Source: Marsupella aquatica (lineage: Eukaryota; Plantae; Marchantiophyta). From it: 64,000 nucleotides of DNA. The number at the start of each line of letters is the position of its first letter. Position 1 is the first letter of the stretch. This document shows, in pieces, positions 36,065 through 47,009 of this stretch. The notes beneath the pieces are model-generated. The model was not told where the DNA came from, made no database searches, and saw nothing but the letters and a program-made list of their open reading frames with translations. Location: positions 20,164,803 to 20,228,802 of the forward strand of contig OZ316895.1 in the NCBI GenBank assembly GCA_973895155.1, written 5' to 3'. The translations under genes were made by a program, and so were the position numbers.

Positions 36065-36327
36065 GAATTTGGATCATTCAACGATACATTGAACGGACAT
36101 TTTGTTAATGTTGTTTTGAATGGCAACAAACTCTTGGTTAGCGCTCAGCGCTAGTAAAACTGGTCTTTCCATAATTGCTGTATAGAACTCTAAACATATT
36201 GGAGTTCCTATTGAAATTGGTCTCCTTTTTTGTCCGTAATTATGCCATCTTTTGTGTATGCTAGTACCAAATCTCTTGTTTTGTTCCTCTCTTTTTCCTG
36301 TTATGATTGTTACTGTTTTCTATTTCC

Positions 36328-37918
36328 TGTCACGGGGAAAAACCTCAATAGAGGAAGAGCATCCATGTTGAGGTGTTACTCAAGATTGTAACCGGTGCTG
36401 CTCTGCCAAGGCTAAGTTCACAATCCAAGTCAAACAATTAAGATCCATAGCTTGACCCAAAATGTGACGGCGAGCTGCTTCAATCACTGAGGGTACTGCT
36501 GTCGGATGCCGAATTAGGTAGTAGTGTTTAACTAGAGTTAAAACTAGAGTAACTATAGTCAGAAGTAACCGCAATTAGAGGTAGAGTAAGGTTAAGCGGA
36601 GGAAGCGGATGCATAGTAAATGGTAGAAGGTCAAGACAACTTAGCATGGAGTGTCAAGCTGACTTAGGTGCGATTAAGTTAGGTTAACATTTATTAGGTT
36701 AGCATTAGTAGTTGTAGTACTTTGCATACAATTGAACGGACGACCTACTTAGCAGAATTTTAGAAAAGTCTTAGGATACAATTAGATCTCGAAATTCAGC
36801 AAGTATGTAGTCTTAGGTTCAAGGAACACACCGGAAAGTTTTCAAGTAAAACGGAGGTTGGGACACGATACTGGAGAATTATGAAATAGGGGTTTCATTA
36901 TAAGTGCACTCAAACAGGATGTCGTCTAAAGTTTATTATGGGTTCTTAGTACAAGGTAAGTAGTGTTATAGGAGTTTGCTGAGAAGACCAAGTGTCATCA
37001 TGGGAGTCCTTCTCATAGGGAGACAAAGTCCAGGAACAATTTACGTTACGGCCAAAAGAGGTGCAGCAATTCAGCAATGGCAGCTCGATGCATTGAAGAG
37101 AATTTGAATCCTTCCATAAGGATAACCGGGTTGACTCTGAAAAAATGGAGGAACACGGGATTGCCTGAAGGTAAGGCATGAGGAGATAAGGAATTGAATC
37201 TCGCTGGCAAGGGAAAACTCTGTGGTGTTGGAAGGAGCTCTTGAGATAAGGAAATCTCATTACTTGGACACTCTTGCAGCAGCATTGGTTTAAGGTACTT
37301 GGGAGGGTGGATAGTGAGCTAGTCCACTAGGTAGGCGGCAAGGAGAGAGTGAAGGAAAGTGTTGGGATCTGAACTTGTACTATGCCTTGTAGTAAAGACT
37401 CGTGTTGAAGCCTCAGTCTTAAAGCACTGTCTAGTGAGTATGTGAATCCAATGAGTGTGTATGCCAACGTTGTTATGATTCGACACTAGATGGGTGAAGT
37501 TTGAAGCCTGGGAGTGAGCTCAGACTCAATCACTTGCCTTATTGCGATAGGAGGTGACAAACCTGAAGCTCTTGGTGAAGGAAGCGGAGGGAACTCTGGG
37601 TATACTGACCGTAGCAAGAGTCTGTGGGGACAGCTTGTGGGCTTGCTTGCCGTGTTGAGATCGGGAGCGAGGTTGTGTGAGTGCTTCCTAGTGGGGAAGC
37701 AAGGGAGTGATAACCACCCTTCAAGGTTATCTTTCCAATGGTGGAAATAAAACTACCTAGTTGGGTGTGTGAGTGGAGAAGAAGGGAGTCAGTCTAAGAG
37801 AAATAGACTTGCTGTCCTACTATTTGCCCGTCCTAGGAACCCGGACAACGATAAGAAGGGGCATAAGTGGTGAATTTAACTCTAAGGGAGAGTTCAACCC
37901 CATTGCAAGGTGTTGACA
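36328..37918 (+). repeat. 5' LTR (~1.6 kb), TGTCA...TGACA
   Basis: Inverted termini, followed by the PBS-like TGGCGCCACTGCCAAGGA (37926-37943). The partner LTR is not in the window. Confidence 0.7.
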
Positions 37919-39715
37919 CTTGTTTTGGCGCCACTGCCAAGGATCAAACTAAGTCTGAGTGAGCATAGACTAGTGGACCTGTCAAAGGAGGACAAAGCAA
38001 GGGGCGTGAGGGATGCCAAGGAGATTCTTATATCAGAATCCGTTAGTGGTGACAAACAATCGTGTGTTGTACTGGAAGCGAAGAAACCATAATGCTTTAA
38101 TTGAGAGGCACAACTGGGTTACCGTTGTAACTTTCTATGGAGATCATTTCCTAGCTGTTTTGTTTATCATTAGTAGCAGGAGAGTATTTGTTGTTGTTGG
38201 GGAGCTTAACCCTCTGGACAGAGAAGCAGAGCTAGAGTGATTGAGCAAGTAATAAGTCATGAGGATTAGATGGACATATGACAATGTGGAAGTAGCAAAT
38301 ATTAAGACTACTGCCCATTTGAGGTTCCGTAACCAGCGTGCGCTAGTGCTGAGAAGGAACTGGTTGACTGTAGTTACCTTTTGTGGAGATTACTTCCTCA
38401 TTGTACTAATCGTGATAGGGAGTAGGAGAGTTTTTGCAGGAGTAGCAGGACTGTCCATGTATGGACAGAATATGAGGAAGTAGAGAAGTCTATGTGAACT
38501 AGAAAGCAGAGTCCAAAGTTCAGACTTGGAGACGTCCAAGCACTTGTAATTTGAGCTCGCTTATATTAGTTATTGTACCTCATAACAGTGATACCCAATC
38601 TGTTTTGTATGAAATGGGATGATGGAGAGGTGATATTTTGGCTTGAGTGGAATGGAGGGTTATGTACCTGAGGAGCAGTGATACTAGGTTGTCAAGCCTT
38701 CCTACACTAGAAGCGGAGTTTGCAAGGTGTCGCGCCCATAGCCTGGGCCTTAAATTTGAGTTAGTTCCCTGGAGCGACCACAACCACCAGTGGGGGTGAG
38801 GGTTCGGGCAAGGAGGTGTGTAGCGGGCCCGATTAGCCCTAAGTCAAGCTAAGTCAATATATTTATTGGTATAATACTTACGCAACTCGTACTGGTCATA
38901 GGTATATTTGTTTTCCACCGCTGGAATATTCCCATAGTTAGTGACTCGCACTAACTCCCGGCTTGGGGCTTTCAAGCCATTGACGCGACAGATTCTTGTG
39001 ACATGCAATGGGTGGCAATCCCTACCATTAGTCCGCACCCGGTACGTCCCTTGAAATGGCGCCTTTGCCCAGACAAAGCATACACACAACACCAGTTACT
39101 CGCGATAGAATCAAAGGGAAAAGACTATATTTATTCAACGGAGAATCAGTTTACATAGTTGACTTGACTTCTAAGGGGGTCAGCAGGCCTAAGGCAGTCA
39201 ATGCCTAGATTCTACAAGGCCCCGCCTCGCACTTGCCCAGCAAGCTTGACTCTGGCTCTCACTCCTTAGTGCACTCTGACCCTACTCAGGCCGGGACTCC
39301 CCGTGCCTTGCCTTTTCTTGCGTTGAGATACTAAGCCTTCTCCCCCTCCCACAACGGAAGGGGAAGCCTAAATACTACGTTTGCAGAAAAGGAACTGGAA
39401 GATACTACCTCCCGGGTAATGCCTACTGACTAACTACCTTCTGACTAACTGGCCGCACTACCCTTGACCGGTTGACCGTCAGTGGCGGGGGCGCTGACCG
39501 GGGTGGCAGTAGCCAAGTCTACTGACCAAAATCCTAGTTCGTTGATGGACTCTATCCTACGTCTGCCGATCCTAACTGATTCTGTCCTAATGCTTCCTAC
39601 TGCACCGCTAATCGGCGCCTAATGACAACTATTCTGTCGTTAAGCCTAATCAAAAAGATGTTGTTCACTCAACTGCCCCGTGCGGCGCCTGCTCACACCC
39701 TCTACTAACCACCCC

Positions 39716-42266
39716 TTACGTGCGTGCTGTGGTCGGGCCAGGGTTTGTCCTCTTGTCGGGGCAAGACCTCGAGCTGCCTTGATCAGAGGTGGGCCCAGGT
39801 CTTGCACGTTGGAGGACGAGTAGGGTAATGCGGTCCTGCAAGGCCTTATTGTCCCGTATGGCCTCTTCTACCTTGTTCGCAACTTCATTGGCCTCGACCT
39901 GGAGTCGTGCTACCTCCCGGTTGAGCTGGCCGATGGAGTCACGATGGGTCTGGTCCTGCGCCAGCAATTTATCTCACTCGGTGGAGAGACTAGCCACCTG
40001 TTGCGCTGACTGCAGGAGTTGGTTGTTGAGGTCGGTCAAGCTGGTAACTTGAGCCGAGGATTTTGAGCGCAACCAAAGCATGATGTCATCCAGCTTCTTG
40101 AGATCTGCTTGCGCCGTGCTCAACTCTTGGCTTAGTCCGTCTCGTTGTTCAACGGTGCGGACTAACTCCTCACGGTGGGTAGTGGCCTCCCCTTCGAGGT
40201 GTTTGACTAGCATTTGGAGGCGCCCGATCTCATTCCCCTTTGCCATGAGTTCTTCCTCCAAGTGGTTTACGATCCGCGGTTGGTGCTCTAACATGAAGAA
40301 GACCGATTGGAAGTATTTTGCGACTTGTTGCCCGATGTACGTCGCCAGCTCCCCTGACAAAGTCTGACTAAACTTCTGACTAAACTTCTGGACCAGGTCG
40401 TAGGCCATGGTCCTTGGGGCTACTTGGTAGTCCTCCATTCTCTCGGGCACCGGTGGTTCCTTGGGTGGGGCGGCGAGTTCCTCCGTAGTCAGCAATGGGG
40501 AGGGGAAGGTTTCTTCAGGTGGTGGAGGGATTGGGGGGTGGTTGTACCGGGGGTAGCGGAGGCTCGACGGAAGGGGGTGGCGGAATTTAAACAGGAGGAG
40601 GTGACGGAGTATTAGTTGGGGCCGCGGGCTCGGGGTTTGCTTGAGGCATGGTAGTCCGCTCGCTCGGGGTAGCTTCCTCCGGAGCGGGGGTGACATTAGT
40701 CAAGGCAAAGGTGGCCATATTCTTTCCCCTGGTGTCTCGCCACGCTTTGTACCAGGCGAGGATGATGGCGATATGACTTCCCAGGTAGGTCCTTCCCCCG
40801 ATAGCCATACCTCCTTGAGCCCGCTTGAGCTCCCCCGAGAACCTACGGTAAAAGAATTGGGCCCAGTTCCGCTGTTTGTACTATTCCACCTGTATGATCG
40901 TACAGAGGGAGATCTCGGATCGTGGCTCAATTATGTGTAGGGTAGTTCGTATGAAGTTAAGCCGCTCCATACAGATTAAGTTGGTGCACGACCCCTATTT
41001 GTACCTGTTGTCTGTCTTACCCTTGGGTTTGAAGTGCCGAGGTGTATACTCCTTATCCTAAATTTGGAGTTCAACCGACACCGGCCCGGTTGGTAGACAA
41101 AAGATCTGTGCCAACCGATGCTTCGTGAGTGATAAGGTCTGTCCTGAAACCTTGGTGGTCGATGCGTCAGTGTCAAAGTTGGATATGAACTCACAAATCT
41201 CCTTTGGCCCGGCTACGCAAGGTCTCCTTAGCAAGTGAGCGAACTGCTCCAACTGATGCTCCTTGAGATAGTCCGCGTGGTCGGGTTTCTTGATCGCGAT
41301 CCAAACTACCTCAAGACGTGGATTACCTATAATAAGGTAGACTTTGGATTATCCAAGGGCCGTCAGGTCTGGTTGGTCGGGGGGTTCTTCGGGGCAGGTG
41401 TAGGGGCGACGTTGGTTTGCGTTGTCAATTTGGGGCCCGACGTCGTCCTTGCCCACTTTGGAGAGCGCTGCTCAAGCTGAGGACTAACATGCTCGGAACC
41501 CGAGGAACACTCGGTGTTGTTCATGGATCAGACTTGGGACCGGTTTGGTGGTACGCCGGTGGTCATCGGCTGAGGGGTTGGGGGTGGTGTCGGGGTAGCC
41601 ATATCCCAGTTGAAGGCGTTGGAGCTTTCCCCAAGGAACATAAGATTATGCGCCGCTTCCCGTTGTTTGTTGATGTCTTCTTCACGCTTCTCGGTTGCAA
41701 TCTGCTGGTCGATGTATCCCGGAATCTTGTCAAACTCCGCTTGAGTTAGTCTCTGGCTGCCCCTCAGTCTAAAGAACTTTGCAAGGACTTCAAGAATTGC
41801 CTCTGCTACCGATCTAAACCCCTCCTTGCTGATATATAGCTCGATGATGTAATCCTGCAGCTTGTTATAACTGAATCCTTGGTGATGGTTGTCTTCTCAC
41901 AATTAACCTGTGCTACCTTGGCCACCAACTTTGCGTATCTTTGTTTGTAAGCAGCTTTCTCGGGGCAAGAGTACCAGTAAGTCTCGGAGAACTTAGCACC
42001 TACCTCGCCAAACAAGGTCCAAAATCCCAAGGCTGTAAGGGTCATACTAACCTTTGTAGTCTAGTTCGTCAAGTCCATGTTCCCGCCTGACATTTCCATT
42101 TTCTGGTGGCGGCCTTACTCGCCTTGACTAAATCTTGCCACAATTCGCTCTTAACCCTTGAGAAGTTCCTCATAAAAGGTAGCTTGATGTGACCAAAAGG
42201 CAAGAGTGAATGGCAGCATCCGCAAATTCCAAAAGGTAGAAATGAGCAAATGGGCCGCAGCACCAT
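39716..42266 (-). pseudogene. Fragmented accessory ORF homologous to the LTR-borne ORF
   Basis: ICEFISNFDTDASTTKVSGQTLSLTKHRLAQIFCLPTG matches LLEFVGSWEPETNCTRIYGKDFYLTPKVIAEVFGLPIG; a Pro-rich linker and coiled coil follow. Confidence 0.65.
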
Positions 42267-42313
42267 CGACTCCGCTCTTATGAAGGTGCCAGGGTGGGCT
42301 CGAGCGTGAGAGG

Positions 42314-45300
42314 TGTGATGCCTAGACAGGAATCACTCGGCCGGTTAAGTGGGTAAAGCAGGAAGGCACCCTAGGAACACCTTAGTATAGGGACAAAACA
42401 AGGAAAATATAAACAATTAGGGGCAACCATGGAACCCGAGCAGAGGCCGGAGGTAAGGCTGAGGGTGAAAACCCGATTAGGGTTAGGGCGCGTTAAGCGT
42501 CGGCGGCTAGGAAGGATCAACGGGAAGAAGGACCGGCAGAGGAGAGGGGTAAGGAGCGCTTGCAGGAGATGGTGGCTCATTTGCGAGCACGAACTAGGCA
42601 GACGACTACGGGAGGCCAACTACTGTCAGCTGCTTAGGTAAGCACTCGGGGAGAAAGTAGATACTGACGATCGACCTAAGGAGGGTATGAGCAACGTCAA
42701 TCAAGCGGCACATTTCTGGGGATGCCTGTTCGAACGGGCAACTGAGTACATCAAGACTTACGAGGACGAGGAGTCAGAAAGGGCAGCTCGAGAACGGCAG
42801 GAGCTCGCTCGATTGTGGGAGCTGCAGAAGACGGCTTTCTTAGGAGGCGAACTCATCAAGGACAAGTTCTTGTGGACGCCTACTTCCAATCAACTCGACG
42901 ATCTTCTGTTTTGCAAAGACAGCGTCGTCGGCATCCGAGAGGCCATCAAGAACTGCAATGACATACACTGGGAATTAAAGGGTAGCACGGAAAGGTGGAC
43001 CCAGGCAACGGTGCTAGGAGAAACCTCCACGGCAGCAGAGATGAAGAGGAAGGGAGCCGTCAACGATGAAGCCACCCCGGCAAAAAGAACGAGGTCGGCG
43101 GCACCAAAGAAGCCAGCCGAGCAGCAGAGCAGGAGGCAGGGAGAAGCCGAAGAGGAGGAGGTCGATCCCATCAAGGCCATTCCAACCAGGGATGACACCT
43201 GGAAGGGCTGGGCGGCAACCCTACCGGTGGAGGTGCAACTACATTTTGCACGGGAGGAGGATGCATGCTTTACGGCCATGCAGACCAAGAAGTACCAAGG
43301 CTTCATGGCCGGATCCGGCTTGGAGGCCTTTGTAAGATTACCATGGCTGAAGCCGGAGGTACCGGAGTCAGACCTATTAGAATTCGTGGGGTCATGGGAA
43401 CCCGAGACCAATTGCACGAGGATATATGGGAAGGATTTCTATCTTACTCCCAAGGTAATTGCCGAAGTGTTTGGCCTGCCGATAGGCAATAAGACCAAAG
43501 TTGATACCAGGAAGACCTTGCCTGACAAGGAGTTCCGGTCGTTCCCCGGGCCATCAACGAAGAATGGCTTCTTCCGGAACACCTGCACCAACCCGCACAT
43601 AGGAGAGATGATCGACTTCTTGCGGGTGACCATGCATTGTAACTTGCCGAGGGCAGAGATCGGCAAGGCACAGGTCTATCTGGCAGAAAGGCCAGAACCA
43701 AGCCGGGACTACAACGGGTACCTCCTCAACCAATTGAAGAAGATCTTAAAGGAGGAGCAGCAGGTAATCGGCATGGGGAGCGTGTCGCGGCTTGGCTATC
43801 ACATGCCGCTGTTGTGCCGGTATGCCAGAGGTCAGACTTTTGCCCCGGTACTTCCCCTGCAGGTAAGGGCACCCGAGGAAGCTCCAACGCCGAGGCCGTT
43901 GGCTGAGAAGCCTCAACCACCTGTTAGTCCTACGATCGAGCAGGTGTTTAGGCCCAGGAAGGAAGACTTGCCGATGCAGCAACCAGGCATGCAGAGTCTG
44001 CTGAAACTACTGGAGAAAGAAAAGAAATCGGCATCGGCAACAACAACGGCAACGACAACAATGCAGGATACTACTACAGAGGTAGGCCTACACCGGCTCA
44101 CAAGAGAAAACCCCTTTGCTGGAGACAAGGAGAGAATCAGGCCGGAATCCAAGCCAGGTGTTCGAATGTATGTGGGAACCTCAAGCTCCGAATCTGAGGC
44201 AGAATTGCCTGAAGCTCCTACCGACGAAGAGGAGAGGGAGAAGCCGGACGTCCAAGAGGTAGAGGAGGCAGTGGAGGACTGCAACCATGATAATTCCGGC
44301 TATGGGTCGGACCATCACGTTCCAGGAGTAAGGACCTGTGGCCGGTTTGTCCCCACACTTCCAAGGGTAGTGCGAGGGGACCCCAACCAGCAGAGTAGCC
44401 CTGAGTCTCCCCCACCAGATGTTACTCCCCCGAGCTTCGACGGCATAAAACAGACGGTGCAGGAATTTCAGGAGCGAATCAAGCAGGAGGAGGAGGCCGC
44501 CCTGGCTAAGGAAAAGGATTTACCAGGAGGAGATTGGCCGGAGGACATCAGGCGGCTAGCCGAAAAAGGAAGCAAACCTCTAGCCACGATTGAAGAGATC
44601 CGCAGGACGGCTTGGGAGCAGAGGCCACGATGGGCGATGCCGATCACTTCTACTTACTCCACCTACGCTAAGAATAGAGCCATGGAGTATGGTGAGATGT
44701 GTGGGGAACTTGCGCTCGGCATCTTTGGAGAGGAGTTGGAGGTAGGACCCTTTTTCCATAGGGAGCAGTTGGAGAAGCACCAATTAGAAGAAGCGGTGGC
44801 TTTAGAGAGAAGCAAGAAGGACGAGGTCATTCGGCGGCTTAGGAGGATGGAAGCCGAGATTGAAGATCTAAGGGCGGCCAAGAAAGCCCAAGATGAACTG
44901 CGGATTAAACGACATGAGCTGAACATCATGCAGGGGCAGTTGGACACCGCGCAGGCTGATAATCAGAATATCAAGGATAAACTGACTCAGACGCAGGAAG
45001 AGTTGGCCGACACGATCAAAGAGAGGGAGAAGTGGAAGCAAGAGCTGAAGAATACAGAGGAGGCCCACATAACAGCCAACAGCCGGGCCATGGCGGAGAC
45101 CCAAAGAAAGGAATGGGCGTTGAAAGGGGAGCTCGAGAAAATCCGCGGAGCCCTTGAGCAGAAGGAGGTCGAGTTAGGGAAATCCTATCAAGGGATTATG
45201 GCGCTGCAGCAGGAGCTTGCGTCCCTGACGGCCAGCTTCAAGGCCGACCTAAGGGAGAAGGACGAGATGCTCGAACAGACTTACGCCAAGATGAACCAGA

Positions 45301-46940
45301 TGGAGTCTGTCATCATTGCAGAGCTCGACAAGGAGCTAAGAGCAACCCAGGAGGAGAGGGCTACCTTGAAGAAGGAATTGGAGGAAGCCCACAGGGAGCA
45401 GGAGGAGGCCAAAAACGAGCTGGAGGGGGCACGTAAGGACCTGGATGAAACCCAAGAGGAGTTGGAGGAAATCACGAGGAAGATGGAGAACCTACAGCGG
45501 CGGGCCGACAACCAAACAGAGCGGCTGAAGAAACAAGCCGCAGTATTTAAATGCTTAGCTGCAGCAGGTCCATCTCCCGTTGGGACAAACCAGTTACCAG
45601 GGGTGGTAATTGCCGAAGGACAAGCCGCGCCAACTGCACCAGTGCCGGAAGTAAGTGGGAAGGGGAAGGGACCAGCTGCCGAGCCACCAACGAAGAAGAA
45701 GCGGAAACCTCCAGGGTCAAGGAGTAATACGACTTCACAGGCCGTGGTGATCAAGGAGGTAGACCCAGCACCGACCCCAGACAGGGTCACGGCTAGGGAT
45801 CCAACTACCCTAGGGGAAGGGGAGGCCGAAGCCGAGGGAGTGGCTGAGGCCGAAGCCGTGGGTATTGCCGAGGCCGGTGTCGAGGCTGAAGCCGAAGGTG
45901 GACCCAGTCAGGCCGATGGAGAGTTGACTCAGTCAAGGGCAGGTAATCTGTCAGAGAATGAACCTACGGCAGTGGCTGAGGAGGAAGCGTTGGGGGCGTC
46001 CATTAAGGATCCACCACCGGTGTCGTGACGGTGCAAGGGCGCCGTTCCTTTTAGGGAGGGCGGACGAGGAGGGAGGAGGCGTGAGTGGGCAGGGCGGGCG
46101 CGGATCTCCACGTTTAGGATTAGGATCAGAACCGGGAGCGGCCCTGACACTTAGCTTAGTGGGATTGCGGTCCCACTGGTAGGAGCAACACTTGTGCTCC
46201 TGCCTTGCTGTACATAGGTAGATTCGGGCAAGTAGATTACTGTTAAGTAGATTAGGCTTACGATGCAAAGAATGGCGGATCCACTACCAGGATAAGTACC
46301 TGGGCAGCGGGGAGCTCAGGGCCTCTTCTTTAGCAAGTTTTTAGTTTGCACCAGCCGGGCTGGGATCAAGTAGTACGAGAAGCTCTCGGTTAGTCATACA
46401 GTGACCCTTCTGTATATTCATGTTTCCTCATGCCTAAGAGCTGAATAGAGTTGGCCTCACGGCTTAGTTCGCAGAACTTGTGTATGAGATGTACTGTTTG
46501 TATGGCAAGTGCATGGTATGACTCAGTCAGAATGAGTCATTTTGCTATTTGTGTGTCGCATTAACTTGTGTGAAGAGTGCCCACATCAACAGAAGGAAGG
46601 AAAGTAAGCAGGGGAGTGAGAGTTGGATGTGTCGAGCTGAGAGAGGTCTTAGCGGCTTAACCAAGCCTATTGGGGATCATTCCGGCGGCGGAATCCAAAC
46701 ATACCTAACAAGAAGACAGGGGAAGACAGGGGAAGGCCTATATTAGGCCGGCTACGTATCTCATGACCCGATGAAGGATCTGTCCAGTATATGTGTGTAA
46801 AATGTTAATAGTAGTAGTAGAAAGTTAGCAGCGTCCCATGCTGCTAAGCCGCGGAAATGGCCTCGCCAAGCATGAAACCTGCGGGAATCGGCTTGAGCTG
46901 GGGGGTTTCTTGGGTTTAGGGAGCCATGGGACGCACCACA
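42314..46940 (+). repeat. 5' LTR (4627 bp)
   Basis: TGTGATGCC...GCACCACA. Direct repeat of 53165-57791 with roughly two dozen substitutions by eye, mostly transitions. Confidence 0.96.
42687..46028 (+). CDS. LTR-embedded 1113-aa accessory protein (plant-transposon-protein-like domain + long coiled coil)
   Basis: Uninterrupted ORF lying wholly within the LTR, with an E/K/Q-rich heptad region. Confidence 0.85.
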   Translation: MSNVNQAAHFWGCLFERATEYIKTYEDEESERAARERQELARLWELQKTAFLGGELIKDKFLWTPTSNQLDDLLFCKDSVVGIREAIKNCNDIHWELKGSTERWTQATVLGETSTAAEMKRKGAVNDEATPAKRTRSAAPKKPAEQQSRRQGEAEEEEVDPIKAIPTRDDTWKGWAATLPVEVQLHFAREEDACFTAMQTKKYQGFMAGSGLEAFVRLPWLKPEVPESDLLEFVGSWEPETNCTRIYGKDFYLTPKVIAEVFGLPIGNKTKVDTRKTLPDKEFRSFPGPSTKNGFFRNTCTNPHIGEMIDFLRVTMHCNLPRAEIGKAQVYLAERPEPSRDYNGYLLNQLKKILKEEQQVIGMGSVSRLGYHMPLLCRYARGQTFAPVLPLQVRAPEEAPTPRPLAEKPQPPVSPTIEQVFRPRKEDLPMQQPGMQSLLKLLEKEKKSASATTTATTTMQDTTTEVGLHRLTRENPFAGDKERIRPESKPGVRMYVGTSSSESEAELPEAPTDEEEREKPDVQEVEEAVEDCNHDNSGYGSDHHVPGVRTCGRFVPTLPRVVRGDPNQQSSPESPPPDVTPPSFDGIKQTVQEFQERIKQEEEAALAKEKDLPGGDWPEDIRRLAEKGSKPLATIEEIRRTAWEQRPRWAMPITSTYSTYAKNRAMEYGEMCGELALGIFGEELEVGPFFHREQLEKHQLEEAVALERSKKDEVIRRLRRMEAEIEDLRAAKKAQDELRIKRHELNIMQGQLDTAQADNQNIKDKLTQTQEELADTIKEREKWKQELKNTEEAHITANSRAMAETQRKEWALKGELEKIRGALEQKEVELGKSYQGIMALQQELASLTASFKADLREKDEMLEQTYAKMNQMESVIIAELDKELRATQEERATLKKELEEAHREQEEAKNELEGARKDLDETQEELEEITRKMENLQRRADNQTERLKKQAAVFKCLAAAGPSPVGTNQLPGVVIAEGQAAPTAPVPEVSGKGKGPAAEPPTKKKRKPPGSRSNTTSQAVVIKEVDPAPTPDRVTARDPTTLGEGEAEAEGVAEAEAVGIAEAGVEAEAEGGPSQADGELTQSRAGNLSENEPTAVAEEEALGASIKDPPPVS

Positions 46941-46944
46941 TTTT

Positions 46945-46962
46945 TGGCGCTAGATGGAGGGG
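46945..46962 (+). promoter_or_regulatory. Primer-binding site TGGCGCTAGATGGAGGGG
   Basis: TGG-initiated motif 4 nt after the 5' LTR CA end. Confidence 0.8.
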
Positions 46963-47009
46963 GCATTTCTTAAGCCGTGAGATATGAAGTTAGAACGGAA
47001 GCGTAGGTA

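Larger units (their letters stand above)
4409..36153. repeat. Dispersed 15-bp palindrome TAGCGC-CWG-GCGCTA (type B), about 35 copies including variants, in non-coding parts of elements B and C
   Basis: Perfect copies start at 4409, 4762, 4929, 5366, 18174, 21156, 27692, 29503, 31145 and 35767. Variants include 4646, 5233, 5679, 17325, 18115, 20717, 20863, 20967, 27507, 29353, 29956, 32635, 33441, 33503, 34615, 35531 and 36139. Confidence 0.92.
3786..36327 (-). mobile_element. MULE element C (outermost, inverted relative to A and B; both ends clipped by LTR insertions)
   Basis: Removing element B leaves a divergent transposase(-, 4169) / ParB-MTase(+, 30366) pair. 36298-36329 resembles the reverse complement of the element B left subterminal. 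Type-B palindromes occur throughout. Confidence 0.7.

Noticed and set aside
38090-38460. Duplicated short ORFs (RxNWxTVVTFxGDxFL) as genes
   Set aside because: They reflect a ~240-bp tandem duplication in the retroelement 5' leader; no coding support.
42890-45790. Antisense and alternate-frame ORFs over the LTR ORF and other genes
   Set aside because: These are shadow ORFs of long coding frames, with no independent motifs.
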